Origin: Dictyostelium discoideum | Taxonomy: Eukaryota | Assembly (NCBI GenBank): GCA_000004695.1 | Contig: CM000151.3 | Location: 6,432,001-6,496,000, forward strand | Length of the DNA stretch: 64,000 nt | Direction of reading: 5' to 3' | Shown: positions 1-14,313 of the stretch, in pieces | How the letters are laid out: the number at the start of each line of letters is the position of its first letter | How positions within the stretch are numbered: position 1 is the first letter of the stretch | Translations under genes and position numbers: made by a program | The notes under the pieces: generated by a model | Databases searched by the model: none | What the model was told of the DNA's origin: nothing | The model's input: only the letters and a program-made list of their open reading frames with translations

Positions 1-587
1 TAATAAATAAAATTAGTACTAAATTAAAAAAAAAAAAAAAAAAAGAATAAAAAAAAAAAGATGATAGACATACTACCTGATTTTGATGATTTTGAATAAT
101 TATTATATAAATTGATATTAGTTTTATTTGTGAAAAGGTTTGTTTTAGTGTTACATAATGAAAAAGAATTAATTTTCAATCCATTGAATAAAATATTGTT
201 ATTGTTAGATCTTTGAGTTATTTTATAAGTTGAAGAAAGAATTTTGTTTATTGACATCTTTTCTCAAAAAAACAATGAAATTTAATTTAAAAAAAAAATA
301 AAAAAAAAAATAAAAAACTAAAAAAAAAACTAAAAAATATATCAAAAAAAAAAAAAATATAAAAACAAAAATAAAAATAAAAATAAAAATAAAATAAAAT
401 AAAAAATACAAAATAATTCGGTAATTAGGTTTTGAAATTATTGGAAAAATCAATTTCCAAGAATATTTTTTTTTATTTTTTTTTTTTTATTTTGATAGTG
501 AATATATTTATAGAATGAATAATTTAAATTATATATATATATTTATCATTTATTATTTGTTTATTTATTTATTATTTATTTATTTAT

Positions 588-2179
588 TTAAAGATCAGCT
601 AATAAATCATCATCATTATCATCATCATCATCCTCATCATCATCATTTTCTAATTTCTTTTTCATAGATTCTTCTTGAGATTTAATTTCATCATCAGTTG
701 GAGGTATAATTTCATCCATTTCTTCAGCAAATTCTTCCCAATTTTCGAGTGCTTCTCTATAGAATTCAACTTGCATTGCTACATAATCTCTAATTTGTTT
801 TCTAATCTCTAATTTAAAGGTTTTTTCATTTTCAACCATTTTCTTTAAAAATTCATCAGTTATTGAAGTATAATTTTTTCTACACTCCTCTTCATCCGAT
901 TTTGCTTGAAGTGTTTTATTTGCAAATGTATCATTCTTTTTCTTTACATCAACTAAATTTGATTGTGATTGTTCATATCTAATTCTAATTAAATTTTGTT
1001 TCTTTTTTTTTTTTTTAATTTATTTATTTATTTATTTATTTATAAAAATGAATTAATAATTTAAAATTAATCATAAATAAATAATTTAATACTTACTCTT
1101 TTTAATTCTCTTGCTTTCTTTAAATCTTCATCATAAAATTCTGCTAATGGTTCAATAAATTGACCTAAGCAACCAATTACACCTTCTTTCATTGATTGAT
1201 CAAACTCTGTTATTTGTTCTCCTAAAATTCTTAATGCCTCACCTTCATCTGTTGATTTTAACATACCATTACCAAATTCTTGAATTGATTCACCAAATCC
1301 ATTATTTACTTCTAAAAAATTTATAAAAAAAAAAAAAAAAAAAAAAAAAATTATTAATTTAAAAAATATAATAATATAATTATAATAATTTTTAATGATA
1401 ATAATAATATTATTATTTTAAAATTAATATTTTTACTTACTATCTAAAGCAAACATTGTATTTTTACCATTTTTAGTAAAAATTTTACAATCCTTTTTTA
1501 ATTCTGATAAAGTATTTTTCATTTTTTTAATATCATCAGAATCGGCACCAGCAGAAGAAGTTTTACCCATTTTTTCTAAATACATTTGAGTTGAAATTGA
1601 AACTGTTAATGATAATCTTTTCATTCTAGATTTATTTGGACTTGTTGCATTTGTAGGTTGAGAATTTGTTATAGGTGCATTTGTATTTGATGTTGGAGTT
1701 GAAGTAATACTATTACCACTAAATGAGCTATTGGAATAAGTAGAATTATTTGATGAATTTATATTATTTTCTTTATTACTATTATCAGCAGAACTTGCAC
1801 CATTTGCTTGATCTATAGTATTAGCATTAAACTTTTTATGTCTTCTAGTGTTAAAATAATGATGATCTGTAGATCCATATACTCTATTACTTGTTGGATT
1901 ATTATATTTATTATTATAATAATTATCATTATCATAACTATTATTATAATTATTATTATAACTATTATTATAATTATTATTATTATTATTAATACTATTA
2001 TTATTATAATTATTATTTTTTGAACTTACATTACTACCACTACTACTCATATTATTTTTTAATGGATTTTTATTATTATTATGTTTTTGTATATAATCAT
2101 CTGAAGAAATACTTTTTTTTGAATGATCATATGAAACTGATTTAGATCTTTCTCTATCTAAATATTGAGTTGTTGCCAT
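588..2179 (-). CDS. BAR/arfaptin-like coiled-coil protein with a long N-terminal Asn/Ser-rich region. Three exons: 2179..1441, 1311..1097, 1001..588 (455 aa).
   Basis: Real ATG at 2179 (ATGGCAACAACT). Donors GTAAGT at 1440-1435 and 1096-1091; acceptors ttttttag / aaaaaag. Exon phases are consistent (1368 nt total). The C-terminal 250 aa form an amphipathic helical pattern (LKKDCKIF...GQFIEPLAEFYDEDLKKARELKR...EFYREALENWEEF) followed by an acidic tail (DDDEDDDDDNDDD). The domain call is by pattern only. Confidence 0.5.
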
Positions 2180-3702
2180 TTTATTTTTATAATTATTATT
2201 TTAATTATTTTAATTATTTATATATATTTATATATTTGATGAATGATTTTTAAATAATTTTATTTATTGAAGGGGTAATGATTTTATAATTTTAATTATT
2301 TTTGTTTTGTTTTGGTTTGTTTATTTTTTTATTTTTTTTATTTATTTTTTTTTTTGTTAATTATTTTTGTTTTTTTTTTTATTATTATTATTATTATTGT
2401 TTGAATGTATTAAATTAAATTTAATATAATGAGAGAGTAGTGGTAGTATTGGTGGTTACTTCCTAAAAAAATGTAATTAAATTCCTATAATAATTTATTT
2501 TGACAATATAATTAAAGTGTTAAATTAATGATTCTATCTTACATCAACAAACGCGCACATTCAACACATACACACAAAAACTAAAAATAGAACACACATA
2601 TAAAAAAAAAAAAAAAAAAAAAAAAACACCCAAAAACAATAATAATAATAATAAACAAAAAGAGAATGTGTGAGTTTTTTACACCACACTTGTATAAATA
2701 TTCTTTGTATACTTTTTTTTGTAAAAAATAAAAAGAACAAAAATTGTTTCACCAATAAAAAGGATTAATCTTGTAAAAATCCCAATGAACGATCAAGATT
2801 TAAATTTATACTTTTCCACTTCACTGAAAATAGAAACAAAAACAAAACAAAAAAAAAATTAAAAATAAAAAATAAATAAATGGAATAATAAAATAATAAA
2901 ATAAAAAAAAAAGAATTTTTCTATTTATATTTTTATTAATATATATTTAATCCTTACACTTTAATATATATATATATTATATTGTTTTTTTTTTTTTTTT
3001 CTTTTTCTTTAAATAAAAAAAAATTATTATGTAATCTAATTTATTTTTTTTAATTATTTTTTTAATTATTATTTTATCATAAAATAACTATAGGAAGAGA
3101 TTGATTGAATTGTAAAAATAATATAATTTTACAATGAGGTAAAAAAAAAAAAAAATTAAATGATTGAATAAATATTTATTATTATTTATTTAAATAATTT
3201 GTAAAATAAAAAATGAAAATAAAAAAATGCTGTTTAAAATTAGTTTGTTTTTGTTTTTTTTTTTTTTACAATAAATCCAGTGTTTATTAATTTAATCACG
3301 AGTGATTTTTTTTTTTTTCTTTTTTTTTTTAAAATTTCCAAAAAAAAAAAAATCATATTTATTATTATAAAAAATGGTTTGACAATTACAATAAAATCAT
3401 TTCCTACCTTTTAGAAGATAATTATTTATTTGTGTGGTGATGATGAATTTTTTTGATCATTCTCTTGTTATTTTCGGTACAAAACAGAACCCCTTTAAAA
3501 AAAAAAAAAAAAATAAAATAAAATAAAAAAAAAAAATAAAAATTTTGATTATTTATTTTTATTTTTCAAAGAAAACAATCAATCAAAAAAAAATAAATAA
3601 AAAAAAAGGAAAAAAAAAAAAAAATTGTTACACTTTTTAATGTTATTTGTAAAAAAAATTTTTATTTTTTTTATTTATTTTTTATTATTAAATTTTATTG
3701 AC

Positions 3703-6700
3703 CTATTGAGATAAATTTGAAGATTCTCTATTTAAACAACTTTTTGCAACAGAATCAAATAATTGAGCAATTTCTGGAGCAACTTTTGTGAAACCATGAG
3801 ACCAAAAGTTATATCTTAAATTTTTAATTAATTCGATAAAAGTGATTAATAGACCCCATGGATGTGGTTTATTACTAATTAATCTTTCCAAGAGTACTCT
3901 GGTGATTTGTTCTTTGATAATATCTTGACCAGATTCAGAGAAGAGGAATAAAATTACACAACTTAAGTAATGGGTATGATTATTTGGATAACGAAGTTGA
4001 TTGGCGATTGCATTGAAAAAGATATAACGACCTTCACTATCGAGATCCAAAGCCAAACGATGGAAAATATCCATTGGAGCACTTTGTGATGGTGTTGGAG
4101 CAACACCAGATTTACGTTGAATTTGTGGAATTGCCAATGTTCCAATGTATAAAACGAGTGAATTAATGAGTGGTACATTGTATTTGGTGCCAGCAGCCAA
4201 GATTTCCTCTTTATCGGTGAGTAGTAAATGTTTATTCTTTAAATCCAACAAGAAAGAATATGGACCTCTATTCTTGAAGTAATTATCAATTTCAATTTTT
4301 AAACCTTTAAGACTTGCGGTAAAGTTTGAAGAGATTTTTGGTGGTTGATTAATATCTGGTAACATATCAATCTTTAAGTTTGGAGTGAAAGGATCTGGTA
4401 ATCTCATATTTCTTGGAAAGGCGGATAAGATGAGATTACGAAGTTGAATACAAGTATTTGGAATGACATCACATAAACTGAAATGATATTCACAGAGGAA
4501 CTCTGGGAAGTCATGAAGGAGTAAAAGGAGGACCTTCAAAGTACCCTTGTAGAGAACACGTACAGGTTCACTTAAGTCACCACCACGAAGGAAAGGTTCC
4601 AAGAATTTAAAGTGTTGAACCAATAGAGCATGGAACCATTGTTTTTGTTGTCTAATTAAAAGTTTTGGCATAAAGGATTTGTGAGAGAGAAGATCTAACC
4701 ATGCAAAACAGAAACCTGGATACTTTTGTGGTTGAAGTGTTGCCAAAGCATTGACAAAACAAAAGAGAATATGATTTGAGACATGTTCAAGTATTGGATC
4801 TGGTGAGGTTAAATCGACCAAAAGATTTTCAAATATTCTAAGGTAAGGACGTTGATTGAAACGTGATGGATTATTTTCATAGTCTTTGGTGAGGATTTTA
4901 ATTAGGACACTTAAGACTTTGGTTAACATATTGAGTTTGGTTGGATCGGCATGTTTGACCATCATTACAACGAATCTACACCAAGAGTCAATCTCAAGGT
5001 ATTGTGGTGATTGAATTTCAACATTTGCAGCATAACGTTCCAATGCATACTCTAAACCCAATCTAAAGAATTTAATAAAGTAAAGTTCATTCTTCATAAA
5101 ACTAATTTGTAATACTTGACCAAGATATTGAATGAGTATCTTTTGATCGGTATTGGTTGATGAGAAAAGTAACCAATCTTGAAGAAGAGCAATGACAGCC
5201 TCTCTAAGACCTGGTGGATCAACAATCATATCCTCTTGACGAATACGAGAGATACGACGTTTCTTTTCTTCTTTTGGTGAGTTTTTAATTTCTTCAAGAG
5301 TTTTGGCCAACATTTCCGATGGTGAACGACTACTAATCTTTTGAAGGAGATCAAAAGTTGATGGAAACTCTGAAAGATTTGCATAGTTATTTTCAACAAG
5401 ACAGAATCTTAATAGACTAATTGCAAAATCAATGGGTGGAGCCGAACGTGAATCTATCATCATCTTTGAGAGTGCCAAATCATATTCGTTTATATTAATC
5501 AATTGATGAATGATTAAACCTGCTACCAATACACGATTTAATTTCTTATCAGGTGTACTAAATAAAAGGAATGATGTAATGGTGGTAATAACCTTTTGAT
5601 CCCAATCACGTAAAACTTCTAAAAGTTCAAAATAAATTTCATAAATTGGTTTCTTTTCTTGTTCACATAATCTATTACATAATCTTTGTGCAAAACCTGC
5701 TAATAATTCTGATTGACTTTGTGACATACGAACTAATGTAAGAATTTGTTGACTAATTGTATATAAAAGTTCTAATTCAATATTTTGAGTTTGAGCTAAA
5801 ACTCTAATTACAACTTTATCAACTTCATTTAATAATAATCCAAATTTCTCTAAAAGATCTGAATTTGGTAAATTTTGTTGTTGTTGTTGTTGTTGTTGTT
5901 GAACTTGTTGTTGTTGTTGTTGAACTTGCTGTTGTTGTTGTTGTTGTTGTTGATGCTGTTGTTGAGCAGCTTGAAGAGCAGCTTGTTGAGCTTGTTGTTG
6001 TAATAATTGCATTTGAATTTGTTGCTGTTGTTGTTGTTGTAAAATTTGTTGAGAAACTTGTTGTTGCATTTGTTGTTGAACCAATTGTTGTGACATAACA
6101 CCAGTTGATTTAATAGCACCACTAACAATATCATTAGTTGGAGAAGCAGTTAAATTATCAGTTTCACCAGCACCACCAACATTTGAAATATTTATATGAT
6201 GTGGAAGATTAGTGAAATCTTCATAGACACGAAATTGATCTGGTTGAATACCACCTGGTTTTGGACGTAATGATTCTGGGAGAGTATTATAGATTGTAGT
6301 GGTGAGATAACCCATATCAAAGAATGGTTGTGAACCCATTTGTTCTCTATGTTTAAGACGATCATTGTAACTACTAGCCAATACTTCATCGATGGAAATG
6401 ATTGCTTTTTCAGTGGCAGCGGTTTCAACGATGGAACAAGCAAAATCTAAATTTTCATTACAAACCAAACTAATTGCATGCTCTAATGGTATCTCACAAG
6501 GTGGAAGACCATTATTATTTTGAAGAAGAGTTCTAAGGTAAGCAATGATTGAAACACGAAGTGGATCTTTACAAGTGACCAAAGCAAGACTACCAGCAAG
6601 ATTTTGAACCATTAAATGAGAGGCTCTCTTCATTTTTTGTTCATCAGCTTCGGTGGCAAAATCTTTACTAACCAATTCTTTAGAGGTAATTACAGCGATG

Positions 6701-7662
6701 GCAACTGATCTTTCAACTACTGGAGCGATGATTTCACGAACTGCCTTATCGAATGCCAAAGGTACAGCTTTCTTAAAGATTGGTGATTGAGCATAGGCAC
6801 CAATGGAAGGAGTGTAAACAAGATAACGTGGAAGATTTGAAAGTAAATCGATTGATGATTGTTTATTATCTTTTCTCATGTTTTCTTCTTGTTGTTCAAT
6901 TTCACGTTGTTGACGACGATCGGCTAGAATGGTTGTTGGTTTAACAGTATTAATATCAACGGATAAATTATTACAAAGTAATTCCACTTCGAATTTGATA
7001 TTATTTTTGGATTCTTTCAATTGATAAATTTCAACCATTAAACGTAATATTGCCATCACCCAAGGATTTGGTGGTCTGAATACTTTTGATTGTTGACAAT
7101 GTTCCAATAGTTTTGCAACAAATGGAACGATTGCAATTAATAAACCATTCTCTGCTGCATAAATTAAAAGATCCTTTGGTGAAATGACCTTTTGTAACAA
7201 TGGTTTATTACGAGCCAAAGTATTTAAACCTAACCAACCACCCAAATTCTTTAGGAGTGAACGTTCACTATGATCAACACGAATCTTTTCTGATTTTAAA
7301 AGGGTATGAACATTTTGATGAGAATGGAAAAGTACACGCTCTGAAATCGTTGGAATACAAAGACGGTCAATAAATGCAAGATAAAGTGCATGGAAATTTG
7401 CTTCAATTGAAACTCTCTTTACAACAAGATATTGAGCAAAGTAATCATAGTATTCTGGTTTCAAAATATCTTTAAGATCTTTTGCTTTAACATCTAAATT
7501 ATTTTGTGAAATATTATTAATAATAAAGTAAATCTTATCTTTGGTAATATCATCTGGTTGAATCATTTCTTTCGATGCATTTAAAAGTGTACCAATTGGT
7601 ATGGTTGTACTAAATGCATCTTCTTGATCTTTTTTTCTTTTATCATCATCTTTACCATTTGG

Positions 7663-7704
<42 letters not shown>

Positions 7705-8556
7705 ATGATGTTGTTGTTGTTGTTGATGGTGATGATGTTGTTGATGATGTTGTTGTTGTTGTTGCTGTTGTAATTGTTGATGTTGATGATGTTGTTGTTG
7801 TAATTGTATTTGTTGTTGTAATTGTAATTGTTGAGCCATTTTATGTTGTAGTAATTGTTGTTGTTGTAACATTTGTTGTTGTTGTAATAATTGTTGTTGT
7901 TGTTGTGGAGTTAATTGATGATATTGATCGGCTGAAATATCATTACCACCACCACCAACATTACCACTTGAAGTATTTGAATCATAGGTGAAATTCTCTG
8001 CATCTTGGATTTGTTGAGATGATAGGATTGTAGTAGCAGGTGGAGAATTTGCAGATTTTTGTTGTTGAGGTTGTTGTTGTGGTTGTTGTTGTTGTTGTTG
8101 TTGTTGTGGTTGTTGTTGTTGTTGAAATTCCATACCATTTTTTATTGGATCGCTTGATTCAATGATTTTATTAACTGATAAAATTATATCGCCATAATTA
8201 TCTCTAAAATGATCTATTGAACAAATTTGAGCCCAATATTGTGGCCATTCAACCAATCTATTTGCAAATGAGATTAATGAATTTACACCAAAAATAAACA
8301 TATTACTATTCAATGGGAATCTCATTGCCTCCAATACATATTTTAATGCAACTCTTAATGGTTGTGAGGAAATCAATTGATTCTTTATCAATGATCCAAA
8401 TAATAAACCTGTAATTTTCAATTCTTTATCTGGATAATCACTAAGGAATTTATATTCATCAAATAAATTAAATAATAAACATTTGAATATATCTTGATCC
8501 CTATTTTTTTTTTAAAAAAAAAAAAAAAAATAAAAATGATATTAGTAAAATTAATT

Positions 8557-8595
<39 letters not shown>

Positions 8596-9218
8596 CATTT
8601 TAAATATACAAACTTTTGATTTTTTGAAACTTTATATTCTTTTAATACAGAAATAATTTGATCAACAGAAATTTCACCAGAATATAATTTAATAAAGTAA
8701 GAATTTGTTTCATCTTCAACTTCTGCAGGGAATCTTCTTTCTGTGGTTTCAGATTCTGCTGTTTGAAGTGCTGCACTAATATTCTTTAAATCATTAAATA
8801 AATCTGTAGGAATTTGATCAGGAGCCGCCATTAATGTTTTGCAAAGTGTTGATAATACATTATTTGAAATTTGAATTGATTGAGGTGGGAATGATCCTGA
8901 TCCTGTTGTTGCTGTTGTTGGTGATGCTGATGCTGCTGTATTGGAGTTTTCTTCACCACTTTTTCCTTTCTTTAATACACGATCATTCAAAAAAGAAATA
9001 CATTCTTTAATGAAACTTTGATGATCATCTTCTTTCATTCTTTCTTGAACCCATCGTTCTAAAAATAAATATTCTCTCTGTGATGCTAAAGCTGCTAAAT
9101 TCACAATAAATGGATATGTTTTACAATATAACATTTGTCTAAGAATCTAAAATGATTTTTTATAAAAAAAAAAAAAAAAAAGAAAATGAAAGTAAAAATA
9201 AAAAAAAAAAAAATTTTG

Positions 9219-9272
<54 letters not shown>

Positions 9273-9642
9273 ATTAGTTTTGGATGTTCAAAAAAAAAAA
9301 AAATTAAAAAAATTGAAAATTTTCGAAATTCCAAAAAAAAAAAAAATATGCCTTTAAGAAAATTTCGCAGAAAAAAAAAAATGATTGTAACAATAAACCT
9401 TACCTTTAATTCTTGGGCTACATCTAAAAGTCTTGATAATTCTTTTGGATCTTTTTGAGTTATATCAGCCATTATTTGAATAACTGTTAATGGATGATCT
9501 TTCCATAATTGTGAAACAATTGATTGATAATTATGTTGTGATAATAAAGTTTGAAATAATGTTGTTAATAATTCATTTTGTAATTTATTTTTTTTAAGTG
9601 TCTTTTTTTTTTTTAAAAAATAAAATATATTAGTTATTTTTT

Positions 9643-9683
<41 letters not shown>

Positions 9684-10752
9684 AAAAACTTACAATTGAA
9701 GAAACACCTAAAATTAAAAGATCAAGACAATTTTTAATTGGAGAATCAAATAATGGTTTAACTTTTGAATAATGTTCAGAATCAATATCAGATAATTGAA
9801 GTAAAGTTTCAATTAAAGAGATTGAATTCCAATGAGCAATAGTTGGTGGTGTTGATTTACTGAGACTAGATTGATCGATTCTTTTCTTTGTAGAATTTTG
9901 GAATGGGAAGAAATCAGATTGAATTGCAATCTTTAAAAATTGAATTTGACTTAATGAATTTACCCAAACCCTATCGAGAATAAAATCAATTGGGAATGGT
10001 TTGGATTGTTGTTGATCAACTTGAGTTGCTTTTTTATATACAGCTAAAATGAATGCCAAACCACGTTGATCCATATTATTAACGATTGGGCAATCCATTT
10101 CTCTAATAACTATATCCCAATCAATTGTTGGATATAATTCTTTGATAACATCTACAAAAATTGAAATATTCCATTCATCTGGTATATTTGTTGTATTATT
10201 ATTATTATTATTATTACTATTGGTTGTTGTTGTTGTTGATGATGATTCATTTTCAGATTGTTGTTTTGGTGAAGAAGATGTTGGTGATGTATTTGAAGTT
10301 TCTTTATCATTTAAATCATTAAATGTTAAATAAGGAATTTTAGTTTTTTCATTTTCATCATTATTTTCATTATTATTATTATTATTATTATTAGTATTAC
10401 TTGTTAATTCTGCCATTGAAACTATAATTTGAGCTATATCAGATTCTGTTAATTTTTGAAATTGGAATAAAATATCTTTTAAAGTAGAAGCGGATGAACA
10501 ACTAGAATATCCAATGCTTGATATAATTTGATAGGGTACATTTTGTTGAGAGACTTTAGAGATGATTGAATTTACATAGGATGGATTATCTTGTTGTAAT
10601 CTTTTGGAGTTGGTAATTCCACCACCCCCACTACCACTACTTTGATCGTTATCTACTAATGGTGATAATGCTAATGAATTTGGTGGTGAAATTGATTGAA
10701 GATATTTAATTACTTCTGAATAATGTTGTTGATTTTGTTGTTGTTGACTGTT

Positions 10753-10820
<68 letters not shown>

Positions 10821-11825
10821 GATTATTTTGTTGTTGTTGATTATTTTGTTGTTGTAATTGATTTGTTTCTTGAATTTTAAATTTATATAATAATTGATGT
10901 AATAAGTTTTCAGGTAATGATTTTGTATTTGATTGTGATAATTGAATTAAAGTATTTAATAAAAATTTATCGGCTTGTTCACGTACTTCTTTATCTAATG
11001 ATTGAGAGAGTGCTAAACCTAACATAATTTCATGAGATGGCGTTAACTTTAAAGTTGATGAAAAGTGTACCAAGAATTCATTGTTTAAAACCTCATAACC
11101 ATCAAATGCCTTACAAAGTACACTGATGAAATGTGGTTGTTTAGTTAATCTTGAGAATTCATCTTTAAATAATTGAATCTTTAATTGATTTGATGATGAT
11201 GATGATGCTGCTGTTGATGATGCTGTTGTTGATGGTGTTGTTGGTGTTGAAGTTGTTGTTGAAGTTGCCGATGTAGTAGTTGGTGATGTTGTAATTGGTG
11301 TATTTGTATTCTTAAAATCAATACTATCTACTAAACATCTAAAAATATAAATTTCAGCTTGACTACCATATTGATTAATTATCTAATTTAAAAAAAAATA
11401 AAATAATGATTAATAATTGAAATTTAACTTTTTTTTTTTTCTTTCAAAAAAATTTTACATACTTGCGATAATTCTGAAGAATTTGATTTATAAGATTTTT
11501 TAGTTAAATTTGAAATTAAATTTTTAATTTGAGTTGCAATCACAAAACTAAGATTGCTAATTGTATTACTGTCTGTTTGTTCATTATTATTGTTACTTCC
11601 AACTTGAAGTGTCCACGTTTTATAAAATGATTTATCTGATGAAAGTTTATTAAATTTATTAAAAATATTATTTGGATCAGTATATTCTGATGTTTCCTCT
11701 TTATTATTACCATTATTATTATTATCATTATTATTAATACTATTATTATTATTATCGTTATTAATACTATCGTTATTAACTTCTGATGATTTTTTTAAAT
11801 CAATTTCACTAGGTTTAGTTGACAT
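3703..11825 (-). CDS. not1: CCR4-NOT transcription complex subunit 1 (CNOT1/Not1) orthologue. Five exons: 11825..11463, 11382..9694, 9601..9404, 9146..8614, 8500..3703 (about 2526 aa).
   Basis: Real ATG at 11825. Splice sites: GTATGT (11462), GTAAGT (9693), GTAAGG (9403), a weak GTTTGT donor (8613), and acceptors with good polypyrimidine tracts. All phases are consistent. Recognisable CNOT1 blocks, compared against the human sequence from memory: N-terminal 'IATQIKNLISNLTKKSYKSNSSELSQ' ~ '[24 protein letters not shown]'; 'LSRLLDVAQELK' ~ 'LSRILDVAQDLK'; 'FIVNLAALASQREYL' ~ 'FVIDLAALASRREYL'; 'LFNLFDEYKFLSDYPDKELKITGLLFG' ~ '[27 protein letters not shown]'; the MIF4G region 'QYLVVKRVSIEANFH'; and the C-terminal NOT1 domain 'HDFPEFLCEYHFSLCDVIPNTCIQLRNLILSAFPRNMRLPDPFTPNLK' plus 'NQLRYPNNHTHYLSCVILFLF'. 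Poly-Gln tracts are encoded by (CAA)n/(CAG)n. Confidence 0.9.
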
Positions 11826-12881
11826 TTTAATTCGTTATTTTTTTATTTTTTTTATTTTTTTTTATTTTTTTTATTTTTAAATGATTATTTTGAATTGTGA
11901 AAAAAAAATATTATATATTATAATTTTTTTTTTTATTATTGATAGTTATTTTCTAAAAAAAAAAAGAAATTGAGAGAATTTTAGAATGAGCAATGTACTA
12001 TTACTACAGACTAAGTTAATTACAAACAATTATAAGATTTTTTTTATTATTTTTTTTTTTTTTTTTTTTTTTATTTACTTTTTTTTTTTTTTTTTTTTGT
12101 TAATTTTTTTTTTCTAATTATTTAAGTGATTGTAATAATTAAAAAAAAAAAAAAAAAAAAAGATTTAAACACAAAGTGTATGTACAAAAATTATATATGA
12201 TGAGTGAGGGAGTTTTAGAAAAAAAAATAAAAAATAAAGAAAAAAAGAGTATATATAATTAAATTATTACTACTGTTTTCTTTATTTTTTAAAAGTATGT
12301 AAAAGATGCAAATACGAAATGATGTGATGGTGTTTGCGAGTGTTAAATATATATATATTAATTGTATATATTTGAATGTGGTGGTGTGTTACTATTTATT
12401 GCCCTTTGGAAATTTTTTTTTTTTTTTTAAAAATTGAAAAAAAAAAAAAAAAAAGAAAAAATTTAAAAAAATTAAAAAAAATTAAAAAAAAAATTGGAAA
12501 AAAAAAAAAAATAAAATTAAAAAAAAGTTTCTTTTTTGAGCTTCAAATTGTTTTTTTTTTTGAAAATAACTGCTAATTATATCAATTATATTAATTATAT
12601 TAATATTTATATTTATTATATTGAAAATATAATATATTAAAGAAGAATCAAACATACATTCAATTCAAGCACCAATAGAACAAAGTTCATCACACATGCG
12701 GTTTGTCACATCAATTCATTCACTCATCAAAAAAAAAAAAAAAATTTAAACTCCTTTTCCCAAATTAATGTCTAAAAAATTCATTTTATTTATATTTTAA
12801 ATTATTAAGAATTATTAAATAAAGAACAAAGAAATAAAATATTAAATTAAGAAAACATTTAATAGATTTTTATTTTATTAT

Positions 12882-12922
<41 letters not shown>

Positions 12923-13169
12923 GGAATTTTTAAATTTTAAGATAATTTAATTAAAGTGATGGTATTTGTTGGAGACATATGTTCACTAATGTGGTGGTTT
13001 ACTAAAAAATAAAACAGGGTGGCCGGAATATTATTATTATTTTTTAATTTTTTTTTTTTTTTTTTTTTTTTTTCAATCAATTTCTTCATCCAACAGCTTG
13101 CATATTGGAAATTTGAAACGTGTTTGAATATCCTAATGTATCTTATTTTGTTTTATCCTCAAAAAAAAA

Positions 13170-13300
13170 AGGAATTTTTGGCTGGGCATTTTAAATATTG
13201 TTCCATTAAATAAAAAATTTAAATCTTTAATCCCAATCAATTTTATCTAAATTTAACAGCCAGGTCAAGATTTTAATGTTAAAAATAATAGCCATCCTAA
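13170..13300 (+). pseudogene. Decayed fragment of the NlpC/P60 gene 3' region: penultimate-exon remnant, intron, and start of last exon. Its intact counterpart is at 54635..56479.
   Basis: 13241-13275 'ttttatctaaatttaacagCCAGGTCAAGATT' matches the reverse complement of 54686-54720, which is the last-exon acceptor plus 'PGQD' of the NlpC/P60 gene. 13180-13215 resembles the 'GPGHVVMYIGNGN' exon more weakly. Confidence 0.45.
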
Positions 13301-13379
13301 TAAAAAAAAGAAACAAAACAAAAAAAAAAAAAAAAAAATATTTGATAAGGAAAATTATTACAAATCTAAATTTATTAAA

Positions 13380-13475
13380 TTTGTTGATCATTTTGTATTA
13401 CTTTTATTTTCAAATTATAAAGAAAGTTCGAGAAATTATTAATCGATAATATTGAAGATGAAAACAATTCCCAAT
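13380..13475. repeat. About 100-bp non-coding element shared in the same orientation with 54318..54420.
   Basis: tttgttgatcattttgtattacttttattttcaaat...gagaaattatta...gataatattgaagatgaaaacaattcccaa is about 85% identical to the 54318-54420 copy. Confidence 0.6.
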
Positions 13476-13627
13476 TTTAATTTAAACAATATATATATAT
13501 ATATATATGGTTAATTAATTTAGAAATTGGATTTACAAACTACTAATAATAAAATCCAATTTTTTTAATTTTTTTTAAAATAAAAAAACAAAAAGTTAAA
13601 AATTAATTTTTAATTTTAATAATTTAT

Positions 13628-14224
13628 TTAGTTTTTTAAAATGAAACCATTTTTTGGAGACTTTGAAATGAACCTATAAATTTGTTCCAATGATAAATGT
13701 TTAATATTTGAAGTATTTCCATTCAATATAAATACAAAGCCACCTGGTTCCAATTTTAGTAAACCTGGGTGCGAATATCCATTACCATTATAATATACTA
13801 TAGTATTGGTTTTAACTAGTCTCATTACTTCATTTCTAAAATTATTATTATTTCTATTTCTAAAATTATTATTATTATTATTATTATTTGGATTATTATT
13901 TGGATTATTATTTGGATTATTTGGATTATAATGGGTTAAATCTTTCATTTTTATTGAGGAACTATCTTTGATTTTATTTTTATTTTTATTCTTTTTATTT
14001 TTAATTTCTTTTTTAAAACAAAAGCAACCACAACAAAATATTAACTTTAGAATATTTCTAATGATTGGAAATTTAAAACATAAGACAATCACTATTACTA
14101 TAACTATAAGAGCTGTCAATAATAATGTAAATTTAGTTGCACAAATTTTTAGTTGTGTATAATAACAAACAACATTTAATCTATAATTATAAAAATAAGT
14201 AAAGGTTAGATAATTAGTTTTTAG

Positions 14225-14313
<89 letters not shown>

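Noticed and set aside
24-453. ORF-track ORFs in pure A/T-rich spacer. Other examples: 9186..9458, 12376..12576, 20602..20784, 24587..24817, 29290..29472.
   Set aside because: These are translations of poly(A)/poly(T) and AT microsatellites (poly-K/F/I/N). They have no start context and no codon structure, so they are not genes.
5865-6098. Antisense or alternative-frame ORFs inside poly-Gln/Asn coding repeats. Examples: 7614..7991, 10142..10333, 29900..30205, 29960..30199, 52681..53103, 52719..53063, 62023..62395, 62469..62675.
   Set aside because: They are mirror or shifted frames of (CAA)n/(AAT)n tracts within the real genes (Not1, the Q-rich gene, the lectin, the UBR E3).
13085-13110. Possible homology of 'catccaacagcttgcatattgg' to the NlpC/P60 catalytic exon (atattcaagctggttggagtgg).
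   Set aside because: The strand is opposite to the clear last-exon fragment 150 bp away, and identity is weak, so it was not counted as part of the pseudogene.
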